From positions 2,542,001 to 2,606,000 of the forward strand of contig OZ218964.1 of NCBI GenBank assembly GCA_965112735.1: a DNA stretch of 64,000 bases, written 5' to 3'. How positions within the stretch are numbered: the first letter of the stretch is position 1; the number at the start of each line of letters is the position of its first letter. Of the stretch, positions 20,001-54,044 are shown one piece after another. The translations under genes and the position numbers were made by a program. The stretch is from Phaeosaccion multiseriatum (lineage: Eukaryota > Protista > Ochrophyta, other classes). The notes under the pieces are model-generated. The model was not told the DNA's origin. It searched no databases and saw nothing but the letters and a program-made list of their open reading frames with translations.

Positions 20001-22673
20001 ACAGTAGCCAGAATAGAGAGGGGGGGTGAGGGAGAGAGAGTGTGTGGGAGTGAGCTACCTCAGCAGGGAGAAGCAGCTGCTCTGCCGGAGGGGGGGGGGG
20101 ACAGGAGAGGAGAGATGGCTCGGAGGGAGAGAAGGGAGGGACACCCTCCACCATCCCTATCACACCCGACACCAGGTACTACCTGGTCTGTTCATAAGGG
20201 GCGTGCCCGACATGCAAATGGCGACTGTCGCCCTCTGCAGCAGAGGCACAACGGCCTTGGTGCGCTTGGCGTCTCTGGATTTGATCATGTGGCTCTCGTC
20301 AGCGATGATGCACTTCATCTGAGGGGGTTGGTGATACAGGGGAAGGGAAGGGCGGTGGGCGGTGGGTATTTGTTAAAAGCATCATCATCCCCCTCAGATT
20401 GAGATTGCTGACATAAGAGCTCGACATACGTTGCTTGTTTGGGCTTGCCATGTGCTTGACATGGCCGCTTGACATCATTGCTTAACGTAACGTACCTGTC
20501 CCTCCTTGAGCAGGCCCATGTCTCTGAGGTTGGCGGCAAGGTCATAGCTTGTGATGTATACCTTCACCCCGGGCTTGTCCAGAGCGGCGCCTTTGGTCTT
20601 CTGCGAGGGGCAGAGAGAGAGGGTAAGGGGGGTGATCTGGTGGTCTGTCCTGACACTCGGACTGAGGCCTGACACCAATTCACGAAGGACAAGGAGGCCA
20701 AAGCTGTGTAGCTGCCGAACTGGTGAGCTGCTGTAGCTGTGTCTGTCTGTCTCACTCACTCACCTGTACCAGCTCCACCTCCTCCTTCTCGATGCGAGTC
20801 CATTTCAGCAGCTCTTTCCGCCAGTTCAGCCGCACGTTGCTGCAGAGAGGAGGAGAAGGGGCGGAGGGGTGGAGAGGGAGACAGTCAGTCAGTCAGTCAA
20901 TCAGTACCTGGTGTCAGTCAGTCAATCAGTGCTTCATGTCAGCCTTACTTGGGACACACAATGAGGAGCGGCCAGGCGTCTGGGAAGGCGGTTGCCACCG
21001 CGATTCCCTGCAGAGTCTTGCCGCATCCCATCTCATCACCCACCAGCACACGCGCCTGACGGACCAGGGAGAGAGGAACATGGGCAAGAAGAGTATGGGC
21101 AGGAGGATGGCAGTCAGGTCGATCCCCCCCAACGCTATTAGCTGAAACTGAAACTGGAGACTAAAGGCTCACATTTCTTCCTTTGTCTCCCCCTCCCCTC
21201 TCGAACGAGGGGACAACACTTAGGCACTTACGCACACACCAACTCACCCCACCCACCCACTCACCCACTCACTAGCTCACTCACCCACGCACTCACTCGC
21301 CCACTCACTTACCCCCTTACTCACTCACCCACCCCTGACCAACCCACCCATATACTTCCACCCGCCAAATCATTGACATACTACCTCTCTGGCGATGGCA
21401 AACTTGACGGCCTCGAGCTGGAAAGGGTATAGAGCTTTCAGCAGTTTGGACGGAACATTACGTAAGCGTCGCTCAACCCTCTGCCGCACCGGCCCTGCCT
21501 CCTCCTCCTCCTCCTCCTCCTCCTCCTGCTGCTGCTGCTCCACAGGCATCTGCCAGCCGACCTCCTAAGGGCAGGGAGTGGAGGGGAGAGGACGGGAGAG
21601 GAGAAAAGGGGAGGGGAGGAGACGGGAGGGGAGGGGAGGAGACGGGAGGGGACGGGAGGGGACGGGAGGGGAGGGGTGGGGAGGGGAGAGGACGGGAGGG
21701 GAGGGGAGAGGCGGAAGAGCCGTCATGTCATGTCCACACAGGGAAGGGTGGAGGGTGTAAAGGTGGAGAAGGGCTGTGGCTCAGCAGTCGTCTCCGCCGA
21801 GCAAGGCGCAATAGGGGGTCCTCATGGAGCACCCTCCATCACAACCTGCCTCCTGCGCTCTGCCCTCGACGCTCCCGTCCCTCCCTCTGCTTTCCCCAGC
21901 TGCTGTTGCTTCTCTAGTATCGTATCATCTCCGGTGGACAGTCGGTTGGTCAGTCAGTCAGTCAGTCAGTCAGTCAATCAGCCCTACCTTCTTCTTTTGA
22001 GGCTCCAGATTGACACCCACCCCCTCCCTCATGGCCTCCAGCGAGAGCCTGAGACACGTGGAGCCCCTCAGCTTGTGCTCCAGAAAGGGCGGGAGCGGCT
22101 TGACGTGAAACACGCTGCCAGGGAGGCCCTGCGGGTGCGTGCGTGCGTGCGTGTGTGCGTCCGTGGGTGGGAAGTGCGTGGGTGGGCAATGAGGGTGTGT
22201 GTGGGGGGGGGGGGGGGCGGGCCGCATTGAGGAAGGCGCGGGGTGGAGCACAATCGGGCAAGCCTTCCATCCCCGCCCCCCCTTTTCAATGGAAGGGGAG
22301 ATCAAATCTGCAAAACGAAGCCCGCCACGATCAAACGGCCGTGCAGCACCATCGACTCCGCCCTGCTTCGTTCGCTGCTTGCCTTGCTGCTTGCCGCGCC
22401 GCTTACCCTGATCTGCTTGACGATGCTGTCGTGCTTGTCGATGGGGAAGAGCCACTTCTTTTCCGTCGAGTCGAAGCTCCCGCCACTCCTCTTGCACAGC
22501 TCGACCAAGTCCCTGTGGTACTTGTGCACCAGAGAGAACATGAAGGGGTCGAAGCTGTGCACAGCGAAGCTCACAACAATGCCATGCTCCTGCTGCGGCG
22601 GCTGCGGTTTCCCGTATCCCGCCTTCCCTCCCCCCTTCCCTCTCCATCCTCCTCTCCCCCCCCGCCAAGACAT
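14299..22673 (-). CDS. SMARCAL1: SMARCAL1/ZRANB3-family SNF2 annealing helicase with HARP-like N-terminus, three RanBP2-type zinc fingers and C-terminal RPA-binding-like motif
   Basis: Exons 22673-22407, 22128-21988, 21564-21385, 21055-20949, 20839-20764, 20600-20496, 20318-20183, 19991-19891, 19657-19460, 19263-18965, 18765-17346, 16992-16861, 16493-16389, 16198-16115, 15906-~15228, 15125-14753, 14446-14299. Motifs LYPFQ, GDEMGCGKT, IIADESH, MSGTPLMNRP, MVRRLKEAVL, KVVVFAHH, RIDGK, GITLTAAS..FAELQWNP, QAEDRIHRIGQ are typical of the SMARCAL1 subfamily. The donor near 15228 is uncertain. Confidence 0.88.
17105..17283. repeat. (GTCAGGGTCA)n 10-bp minisatellite, intronic
   Basis: Direct inspection. 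Confidence 0.92.
19316..19395. repeat. 15-bp tandem array (CAGTTGGCGATACAG)x5, intronic
   Basis: Tandem form of the dispersed CAGTTGGTGATACAG motif. Confidence 0.92.
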
Positions 22674-23346
22674 GGAGCCTCACGCGTGATGACTTGGTAT
22701 CGGGTTGTGAGTCAGTTTATATCCTCGTGGCACGGGCACGACCGTGGGGACTACGCTACTTCCCTCCTTCTCTCTTCCCTCCCCCCCCCCCCTTCGGAGA
22801 GAGGGAGACCTCCAGTCTCTTAACTTCTACCTGCCGCCTCGCGGCATACGCGAACCTCTCGGGAGTAGGGTCTTGATGGATGAAATATGAATACTGCTTC
22901 GTCTCCACTGCGTCCTCCTTCTCTTCGCACAAAACCCTGCTCAAGATTTACATCCTCCCGCGCTAAAAACAAACAAACCAGAATTAAAGTTTCAGCTGTT
23001 GGTTCGCCGTCGCGTGTGACATGATGGTCAAAGAGTAGTAGAGGGAGAGACAAAGAGAGAGAGGTGAGCAGGGAGAGGGGGGGTGGAGGCTGAAGATAGA
23101 CGTATCGAAGGGCCAGAAGCTGCCGCTGCTGCCGCTGCTTCTTCTCCTCTGAAGCCTAGAAGCTGCCAATCAATCATGACGTTTATTTGCTCTCTATGGC
23201 CCCAATCAATCCCCCTCTCTCCCCCACACCTTGGCGAGTACAATTATCCTCAAGCACACCCACCGCGCGTCCCCTGCTGCTCCTCTCTCTATCTTTGTTA
23301 CTTCCTCTCCCCCACGCAGAGCGAAAGAGGGTAAGGAGAGAGCACG
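22674..23346. promoter_or_regulatory. Divergent promoter/5' UTR region between the SMARCAL1-like gene and the elongase
   Basis: 673 bp between divergent start codons; CCAAT (23166) next to TGACGT (23177). Confidence 0.4.
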
Positions 23347-23908
23347 ATGGGCTACACGGAGACAGCCACAGCGGTGGGCGACGTGGTAATTGACTGGGCC
23401 CTGGATGGCCGGGCGAGAGGCACGACGGGCGACTGGCCCCTCGCCGACGCGCCCACCGCCTTTGGCATTGGTAAGTACAGGACAGCACGTGACGCACCCG
23501 TCTCCCTGAGGCAAGGCAATGCTGACGACGCTCCTCTCCCGTCCCTCCCCTCCCGTCCCTCCTCTCCCCCAAAAGCCATCGCCTACGTGAGCTTTGTGCT
23601 GGTGGGGTCGCTGGTCATGTCCAAGGCAGGACTGCCCGCCATGGACAAGCTCACCTACCCCCTGCGCTTCGGCTACAACCTGGTGCAGATGATGCTGTGC
23701 AGCTACATGTGTCTGGAGGCCGGCATCATTGGCCTCAGGGAAGGCTACGGTATCCTGCCATGCGTGTCCTACAACAGCATCAAGCCCCCCGTGGCTAATG
23801 TGCTGTGGCTCTTCTACATTAGCAAGGTGGGCTGGTTGTGGAGGGGGGCAGGGGAGGGGAGAGACAGAGGGCGCGCGGGAGAGGTAGAGCGAGAGCGAGA
23901 CACACACA

Positions 23909-23945
<37 letters not shown>

Positions 23946-23961
23946 GGAGAGAGAAAGAGCG

Positions 23962-23993
<32 letters not shown>

Positions 23994-24026
23994 GGAGAGA
24001 GAAAGAGCGAGACACACACACAGAGA

Positions 24027-24101
<75 letters not shown>

Positions 24102-24996
24102 AAGAGCGAGAGAGAGAGAGAGAGCTACAGACTGACGGACGAGCGGGGTTGAGATGGCTGGGGCAGTGCCGATGGGGAGGCAGGCCAGAGCTCCACTCAT
24201 GCTCAGTGTCAAGTGTCCAGCAGCTGACCGAGCAACCTCTACTCAATCACTCACTCACCCACCCACCTACCCATCCACCCACTGGCTCACGCACCCACTA
24301 GCTCACCCACCCACTCACTCACCCACTCACTCAACTCCCTCCCTTCCTCCCTCCTTCACCATACATCATGACATCGCAAGGTGCTGGACTTTATGGACAC
24401 AGTGTTCATTATCACAGGCAAAAAGTGGAAGCAGCTCTCCTTCCTACACGTGTATCACCACACCACCATCTTCCTTTTCTACTGGCTCAACATGAATGCC
24501 GGCTACGACGGAGACGTGTTCCTGACCATTGTGCTCAACGGTTTCATTCACGCCGTCATGTACACGTACTACTTTGTGGCCCTACATACAAAGGACATTT
24601 GGTGGAAGAAGTGAGTGCAGTGCAGTGCTAAGTTTCAGTTCTTCAGGATACCTCCTCCCCCCGAGTCCTGACACCTCCTACCACTGACACCCACCATCAG
24701 CTTCTCACGACCTTCATGACCTCCTCTCCCACCTCCCCGCTCCCCTCGTCCTGACACCTCCTATCAGGTTCATGACCTCCCTTCAGCTTATCCAGTTCAT
24801 GACCATGAACGCCCAGGCACTGTACCTCATGGTCACAGGCTGTGACACATACCCCGTGCGAATCGTCCAGGCCTATATGCTCTACATCTTGACCCTTGTA
24901 GTGCTCTTTGGCAACTTCTTCGTTCAGAGCTACATGAAGGGAGGCAAGGCCAAGGCCGGGGGGGGCAGCAACGGGATCAAGGCCAAGACTTTGTAG
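23347..24996 (+). CDS. ELO/GNS1-SUR4 family fatty acid elongase, delta-6 PUFA elongase-like
   Basis: Exons 23347-23470, 23576-23826, 24381-24610, 24768-24996. Motifs WLFYISKVLDFMDT, QLSFLHVYHH (HxxHH), NGFIHAVMYTYY, TSLQLIQF; C-terminal KAKTL (KxKxx ER retrieval). From memory, closely resembles diatom delta-6 elongases. Confidence 0.93.
23890..24124. repeat. Compound (AC)n/(AG)n repeat, elongase intron 2
   Basis: Direct inspection. Confidence 0.9.
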
Positions 24997-25492
24997 ACAA
25001 GACGTATGCAACTAAGCTAAGCGTATGCAAGGAGGTGGACGCAATTGGGCGGAGGGGCGGGAGGAGGGAGTGTGTGGCGGGATGGGGGTGGGCCAAGAGG
25101 GGCGTGGCAAAACTGAAACGGCAAGACTGAAACGGCAAGACTGAAACGGGTGCAGGGCGAACCTGCTTGCTCCTTGCTGGCGAGGCGCAGGCATACGGGC
25201 ACTCTGCAGGGGTAGGGTGGTGCACTGGTTGCTGGCGATGACGGCCTGTCTGCCTTCCTGTCTGCGCCTTTCCTGCTTTGGCCTGCCCCAGTTGGGAGTC
25301 GGGAGAGGAGGGGAAGGGAGGGGAGGGGAGGGGAGGGGAGGGGAGGGGCGGGGGATGGATAGAGAGCCTGGAGGGGAGGGGAGGAGGAAGAAAGGCGGGG
25401 GGGGGGGGGGTAAGGGAAGGGAAGGGCAGAGGAGAGATGATTTTTAAAGAGTGATGTGGTGACGTAATGTGTTACGTGAGGTGACGTGTACA

Positions 25493-25948
25493 CAGCAGCA
25501 GCAGGAGGAGGACGTGGACGAGGACGATGACGAGGACGACGACGACGAGGAGGAGGAGGAGGAGCAGGAGTAGCAGCAGCAGGAGGAGGAGGAGGAGGAC
25601 GAGGAGGGCAGGGGAGAGAAGGAGGAGGAGGATCAGCAGAAGCAGGAGCAGGGGGGCGAGGAGAAGGTAATACGAACGACTTTCAAGGGCGTACTTTCGT
25701 GAAAGTGGAGAGAGAGCGTGGATCGCCACAGTCGCCTTTGGAGAGTGGAGGGCGGGGCGGAGGGGGAATTAGGGGCGTTGCATGGGAATGGAAATGGGGC
25801 GGCAGTTGGTGATATACAGCAACAGTCGTATCGGCAGAAGTTGGTGATAATAGTAGTAGCAGCAGCAGCAGCGGCAGCACCAGCAGGAGCAGCAGGAGCA
25901 GAAGGGCGAAGATCTTCGGAGCATTTGATCCGCGCGGTGGCTGCCTAG
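25493..25948 (+). pseudogene. Possible decayed coding segment (acidic Q/E/D-rich frame interrupted by two stops)
   Basis: One frame reads QQQQEEDVDEDDDED...EQE*QQQEEE...TFKGVLS*KWRESVDR...AAVGDIQQQ...AA*, with in-frame TAG at 25571 and TGA at 25700; it lies between convergent genes. Confidence 0.3.
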
Positions 25949-26941
25949 ATGCTTACTCTCTCTCTCTATAAAGAGGGGACAGCAAAGGACGGGGGGTCGA
26001 ACTAAGGCGGAGACGGAGGGGGGTAAAGGCATCGCGATGGAACGGGGGAGGGGGGGGGGGGGGGCAGCTCCGTTCAGTCCTCCCCTTCAGTCGGTCACCA
26101 AAGACTTTGCCACTAACTTGTTTTATAATGTTATACTTGGTACTACGTACTACGTAGTAGTATTTATGATTAAGAAGAAAGACCGCCTCACTTACTTCAC
26201 TCAGGCCACTGGAGGGGACTGAAGTGAAGCACAACCTTTCCACCTTTTTCTCTGACCTTTAACCTTTATTCTCCCTTTGGGGGAAGCACCAAGCACATGC
26301 CTCTCCTTTTTTTGTGTTTATGTGTTGGTAGTACGCACTAATATAAGAAGCAACTAGAGAAGAGACGAGACGACACATCTGCTGCCATCTACCCACCCTC
26401 CCATGCCCTAGGCTGCTGTATCATCAACTGCTGCGGATGATCAACATCAACACGTGTCCCTCCCTTATGAGCGGCTGACGGGAGCGCAGATGGCATCATA
26501 TGGTGGGGACACCTGCATGGGTCGGTCGCAGCTCGCTCACTCGCCGCCACAAAGGGCTCCCTTTCTCTGATTGCTTGACTGCTCTGACTCACTCACTCAC
26601 CCCCTCACTCACTCACTCACTCACTCACTCACTCACTCACTCACTCACTCACTCACTCAGCTCTTTCTCATCTGGGAGGGAGGAAGGGAGGGCGAGATGC
26701 TGTTTGTTCTTCGATAAGGTCCATACCGCCCTTCAACTCATGCCCCCGGTTTTGTCTCCTTTCCACTAAAGGAAGCGCAGCGAAGCGGAGGGAGGGAAGA
26801 AGAAAGAGGGCGAGACGAGGGGAGCCCGCCATCCCATTAAACCAGTCTTGTTGACTCCGTCACTCACATATACTCAGCCTGAGGCCTCCTAAGACTCGGA
26901 CCCTCATCAGCAGTCACAACTGGCACCAGCCACGAACTCTG

Positions 26942-28581
26942 CTACCAATCGGTGGGCTTTCTGCGGTTGGCTTTGGTTTCCGAGCGGCGCTTCTTGTCCT
27001 TCAACATACGCTCCTTCCCAATCTTTCCCCTCCCCTCTCTCATGGATCGCTCCTTGGGTACAATGTAGGCCTGCTCCACTGCGTCGCGCAGCTTCTTCAT
27101 CGCATCTGGTGGGGGAGGTGGGGGGGGGTGAAGGAGGGAGGGAGGGAGGGAGAGTGTTAAGACCTAGTGAACTAAACCTGACTTGGGGCTGATGAGCTGA
27201 AGCTGAAGCTGAACTCACCCATCCGGTTCTGCTTCTGCGTGCGGTACTCGGAGCTGGTGGTAATGAGATCCCCGGCCTTGTTGACCTGTGCACCACATTA
27301 CAGTTACACGACAGTTACACGACAGATACACACGTGGTACAGTTACACACGCACTTTCTTGGTTCTGAAGGGGGAATAGAGGGGGGGGGATCATAGGGGA
27401 TAGCACTGACCGACTTACCTTGTTGCTCTGCTGCTCCTTCAGCCGCTCGCGGACCTCCACCGGCATCCAGTCGGCCTCGTCCACGTTGAACCTTAACGGT
27501 GCAGCCAAACAAAGTTAACGTTGGAGGTGAATGGATGGCATCCCTGTCGTTCTCTAGCCTTCGCTGCCCGTCCCTTCCCCGTCATGTGCCATCTGTTGCC
27601 ATCCTCCGCGTGCTCCCTCCCCCAACGCCCGCCCCCCCCCCTCGCCACACCGCCTCAATAGGATAAAGTTCGATGACGCCCCCCTTCCTCCCCTCATCAG
27701 CACCGCAGGGACAGTGCACCGCATCGCGCCGTACCTGATCTCGACTTTGGTGTTGACCTTATTCACATTCTGGCCGCCCGCCCCTCCAGATCGGGTGAAA
27801 CTGTCAGAGACAGAGCAAGTGGGGGACGGAGGAGGGAGAGAGAGAGGGGGTGAGAGACTGATAGACTGAGAGAGAGAGAGAGTGAGAGGCACATAGAGAG
27901 GCGGGTGGGTCGGACATGGGGAGACACAGAGAGAGATGCTCAGGATAGGAGGGGAGAGGACGGGGGAGGAAGGGTCGGTAGTCACCAGGATAAAGGAGGG
28001 GAGGGAGGGGAGGACGCGTCGGTAGTCACCTGAATTCGAGACGGTCTTCCGGGATTCTAACGACAGCACTGAGGGAGCGAATGCCTATAACAGGGGCACG
28101 AATAGGAAGAGCGACAGGTGACATATCATGAGGAGGGCACAGCAAAAAAAGAAAGGGGAGGAGTAGGAGAAGAGGAGGGGAGTAGAAGGACGGGGGAAGT
28201 GAGGGCGGTGTGCGAGAGCGCCACGGAAAACAGAGGAAGCGCTGTGTGCCGGCAGGCAGAGTATAGCACCGCCCCCTTCCTTCTCCCAATACACGCCACG
28301 CACGCACACGTACCTCTCTGCCGTGAACGCCGAGGCTGCTGCTGCTGAGGGCCCTGCGACCGCTGACTCAGGCCCAGCGGGAGCCCAGGAGCAGAAGTGG
28401 TTACAAACGCTATCCTAGCTCTCGCCATCCCCCCCATTGCTGCGGTTGGGTCGGCGCCTGCCGCCCTTCCCCTGTTCCCCCCTCCCCCGACTGCTGCTGC
28501 GGCACCTCTGCACCCTCTTCCCCCCAGCGCAAACGCGCAGGCATTGACCACCCCGGCCAGGTACCTACGAGGGATCAGCAT
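26942..28581 (-). CDS. ICT1: Mitochondrial peptidyl-tRNA hydrolase ICT1/mL62 (ArfB/YaeJ family)
   Basis: Exons 28581-28314, 28084-28030, 27800-27735, 27491-27419, 27285-27219, 27105-26942. [32 protein letters not shown] (GGQ motif), SSEYRTQKQNRMDAMKKL, basic tail RMLKDKKRRSETKANRR; R/A/G-rich N-terminal presequence. Confidence 0.93.
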
Positions 28582-28778
28582 GGCCTTCGTTGCGCTCGCC
28601 ACCTTGTCACACAAGCCGTCTACGACAATTGCTCTCCCTCGCCGCTATCACTCACTGACATACTGTAAGTGGCCCAATCTCAAGCAAATCACTGGCATAG
28701 GTGACGTTACGTATCAAAAAAACAGAGTTCATCATGATGCCAAGCGGGAGTAGCGAGACGGGGCGAGGGTGAGGAATA
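28582..28778. promoter_or_regulatory. Short putative bidirectional promoter between ICT1 and the 35-exon gene
   Basis: 197 bp between divergent ATGs; CCAAT (28674) and GGTGACGTTACGTA (28700-28713). Confidence 0.5.
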
Positions 28779-51929
<23,151 letters not shown>

Positions 51930-52610
51930 CGCAAGGGTTAGGGTTAGGGGAGCAAGCAGCCACGGCCAAGGAAGAGGGGTCGTCTCGCGGAAGAAGCAGT
52001 CGTCACTCATCCAGGCCTTGAGTACCTGGGGACGGCAGCAGATGGCAAGAGCGCCTGTTGTCACTGTTGGGTCAGCAGCCCAGCAGGCTTGGAGCGTCTT
52101 CCCTTCATGTGTATCTGCTGGTATGCCTTCCACTGCCATCCCTCTGTTTCCAGCTTGGAGAGAGGCAAGCGCCAGCGACTTCAAGGACATCGCCAAAGAC
52201 TCGATGGGACAATATGCACTGACTTCATCGGAATGATTTGTGAAATGCTTATCATAGGGGCTTGCTTGAAATCACAGCTGCTAGAACCAGCAGGTGTGCC
52301 CATGACTTAGAAGTATCTGCTACTACGAAGTACAACTTTCTATCTACTACAGTACACCGCGCGTATATCGCTGCGAGCTATTATTCCTTCAGCGCTTCGC
52401 TCGATGTATGAGGAGGGCTGGGCCGGCAAAGCAAAGCAGTTGGTACTTCCTGCAGTGCTGCGTCAGTGTGCCTTCCACTGCCATCCCCCCCTCTCCCTAT
52501 CTCTCTCCTCTCCGCCACCCCTCCTTCCCCTGAAATGCCTCTTCAAGTGTAAAGTGCTCTGCTGCCCATATGCCTCAGGCGCCTGCTTGACACATGCTGC
52601 TTGACACATG

Positions 52611-54006
52611 TCAGGGCCTCTGACCGGCCGTGACACCCCCGCCGCCAGTACCCCTCGCAGCACCCCTCCCCCCGCCACTGCTGTTGCTGCTCCTGCTGCT
52701 GCTGGTCCGATCGCTGGCGGTGCGATCGCTGGCGGTGCGATCACTGCCGGAGCTGTAGTCGCTCACAAAGCGCTGCCCCACCACCGACGAGGGCGAAGAC
52801 GAGAACATGTCACTACCGCCGCTGATGGCAGCCCCCGCCACACCTGTCACACCTGTCACACCTGCCACACCTGTCACACCTGTCACCCCTGCCACCCCTG
52901 CTGCTGCTCGAGCCGCGCCAGTGGCGACACCCATCCTTAGCATCGCACGGGCGACAACCGTGTCGGAGTCCGAGGTGTCAGGACTCGCTCCTCGTCCTCC
53001 TCGTCCTCCTCTTCCTTTGCTCCTTCCTCTCCCTGACACGGGCTGGGCGGGTGCCCGCTGTTGCTGCTGCTGCTGCTGCTGCTCGCGTGGAGGAGCCTCT
53101 GCAGCAATTGGTGATACAGCAGCTGCCCCCAATACGCCCTCTGCACTGACTTTGCCGCCTCCGTCGTCGTGCCTCCCCCATGCAGCTGCTACTGCTACTG
53201 CATCACCAAGAGCTGCTGCTGCTGCTGCTGCTATAGAGTCTTCGCCAGGTGCGTGGTCCAATACACTCTCCACGCTGCCGCTCCGACGGCGGGGCCGCTC
53301 CTTGTCCGTCTCCCTGCTGCGCCGCCTGCCGTGCCTCCTCTGGGGCAGCTCCAGGGGGGCGGTGCCCTCCAAACTGGAACCCACACCCCCACCGCCGCCG
53401 CCGGAACTGGCTAGTGCCTGGCTGGCTAGTGCCTGGATGGGAGGTTCGCCCCTCCTCTTGCCCGCAAAGGGGTTGACTGCTGTCCCTGCCGCACCGCCGC
53501 CGGCCCTTCTTGCCCCCGAAGTGGCCTCGTGAAGTGCCTCGTGTCGGTGCGGACGGATCCCCAACTGCTCTTGCTCTTCCACTCCTTCATCTCCTCCGTC
53601 GCCGCCTTCTGTAAAGTCTCTCATCGCAATGAGGCTGCTGCTCAGCCGCCGGTGAGAGGTCGGAGGAGAGCTGTCGGCGGCACCACTCGATTGCTGCTGT
53701 ATCACCAACTGATGGGCCTCCTCAAAGGAGTGAAAGTGCTCTCCACCATCCTGCCCGCCGCCCCCACCCGGACTGCCAATACTTCCTAGGCTGCCCATGC
53801 CCCCTCCTTGTCCTCCCCCCCCCCCTCCCCGACCGCTGCGACTGCTCCTAGTGCTAGCGGGCCCAGTCGAGACGGGCTGGGGGTGACCAGCGGCTCTCCT
53901 CCGGCCAGAGAAGGGGTTGCCGGAGTTAGGGGTAGGGGCGGGGGAGACGAGTATCTCCACGTCACCTCCCTCTCCATATGGCTGCTGAATCACCAACTGA
54001 TGGTGC

Positions 54007-54044
<38 letters not shown>

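Noticed and set aside
21850-21915. Possible extra SMARCAL1-like exon (QQLGKAEGGTGASRAERRRQ)
   Set aside because: Phase-compatible, but the acceptor context is poor and it is not needed for the frame; left out of the model.
25571-25702. Stop-codon reassignment suggested by in-frame TAG/TGA
   Set aside because: All conserved genes have uninterrupted frames and end at TAG, TAA or TGA, consistent with the standard code.
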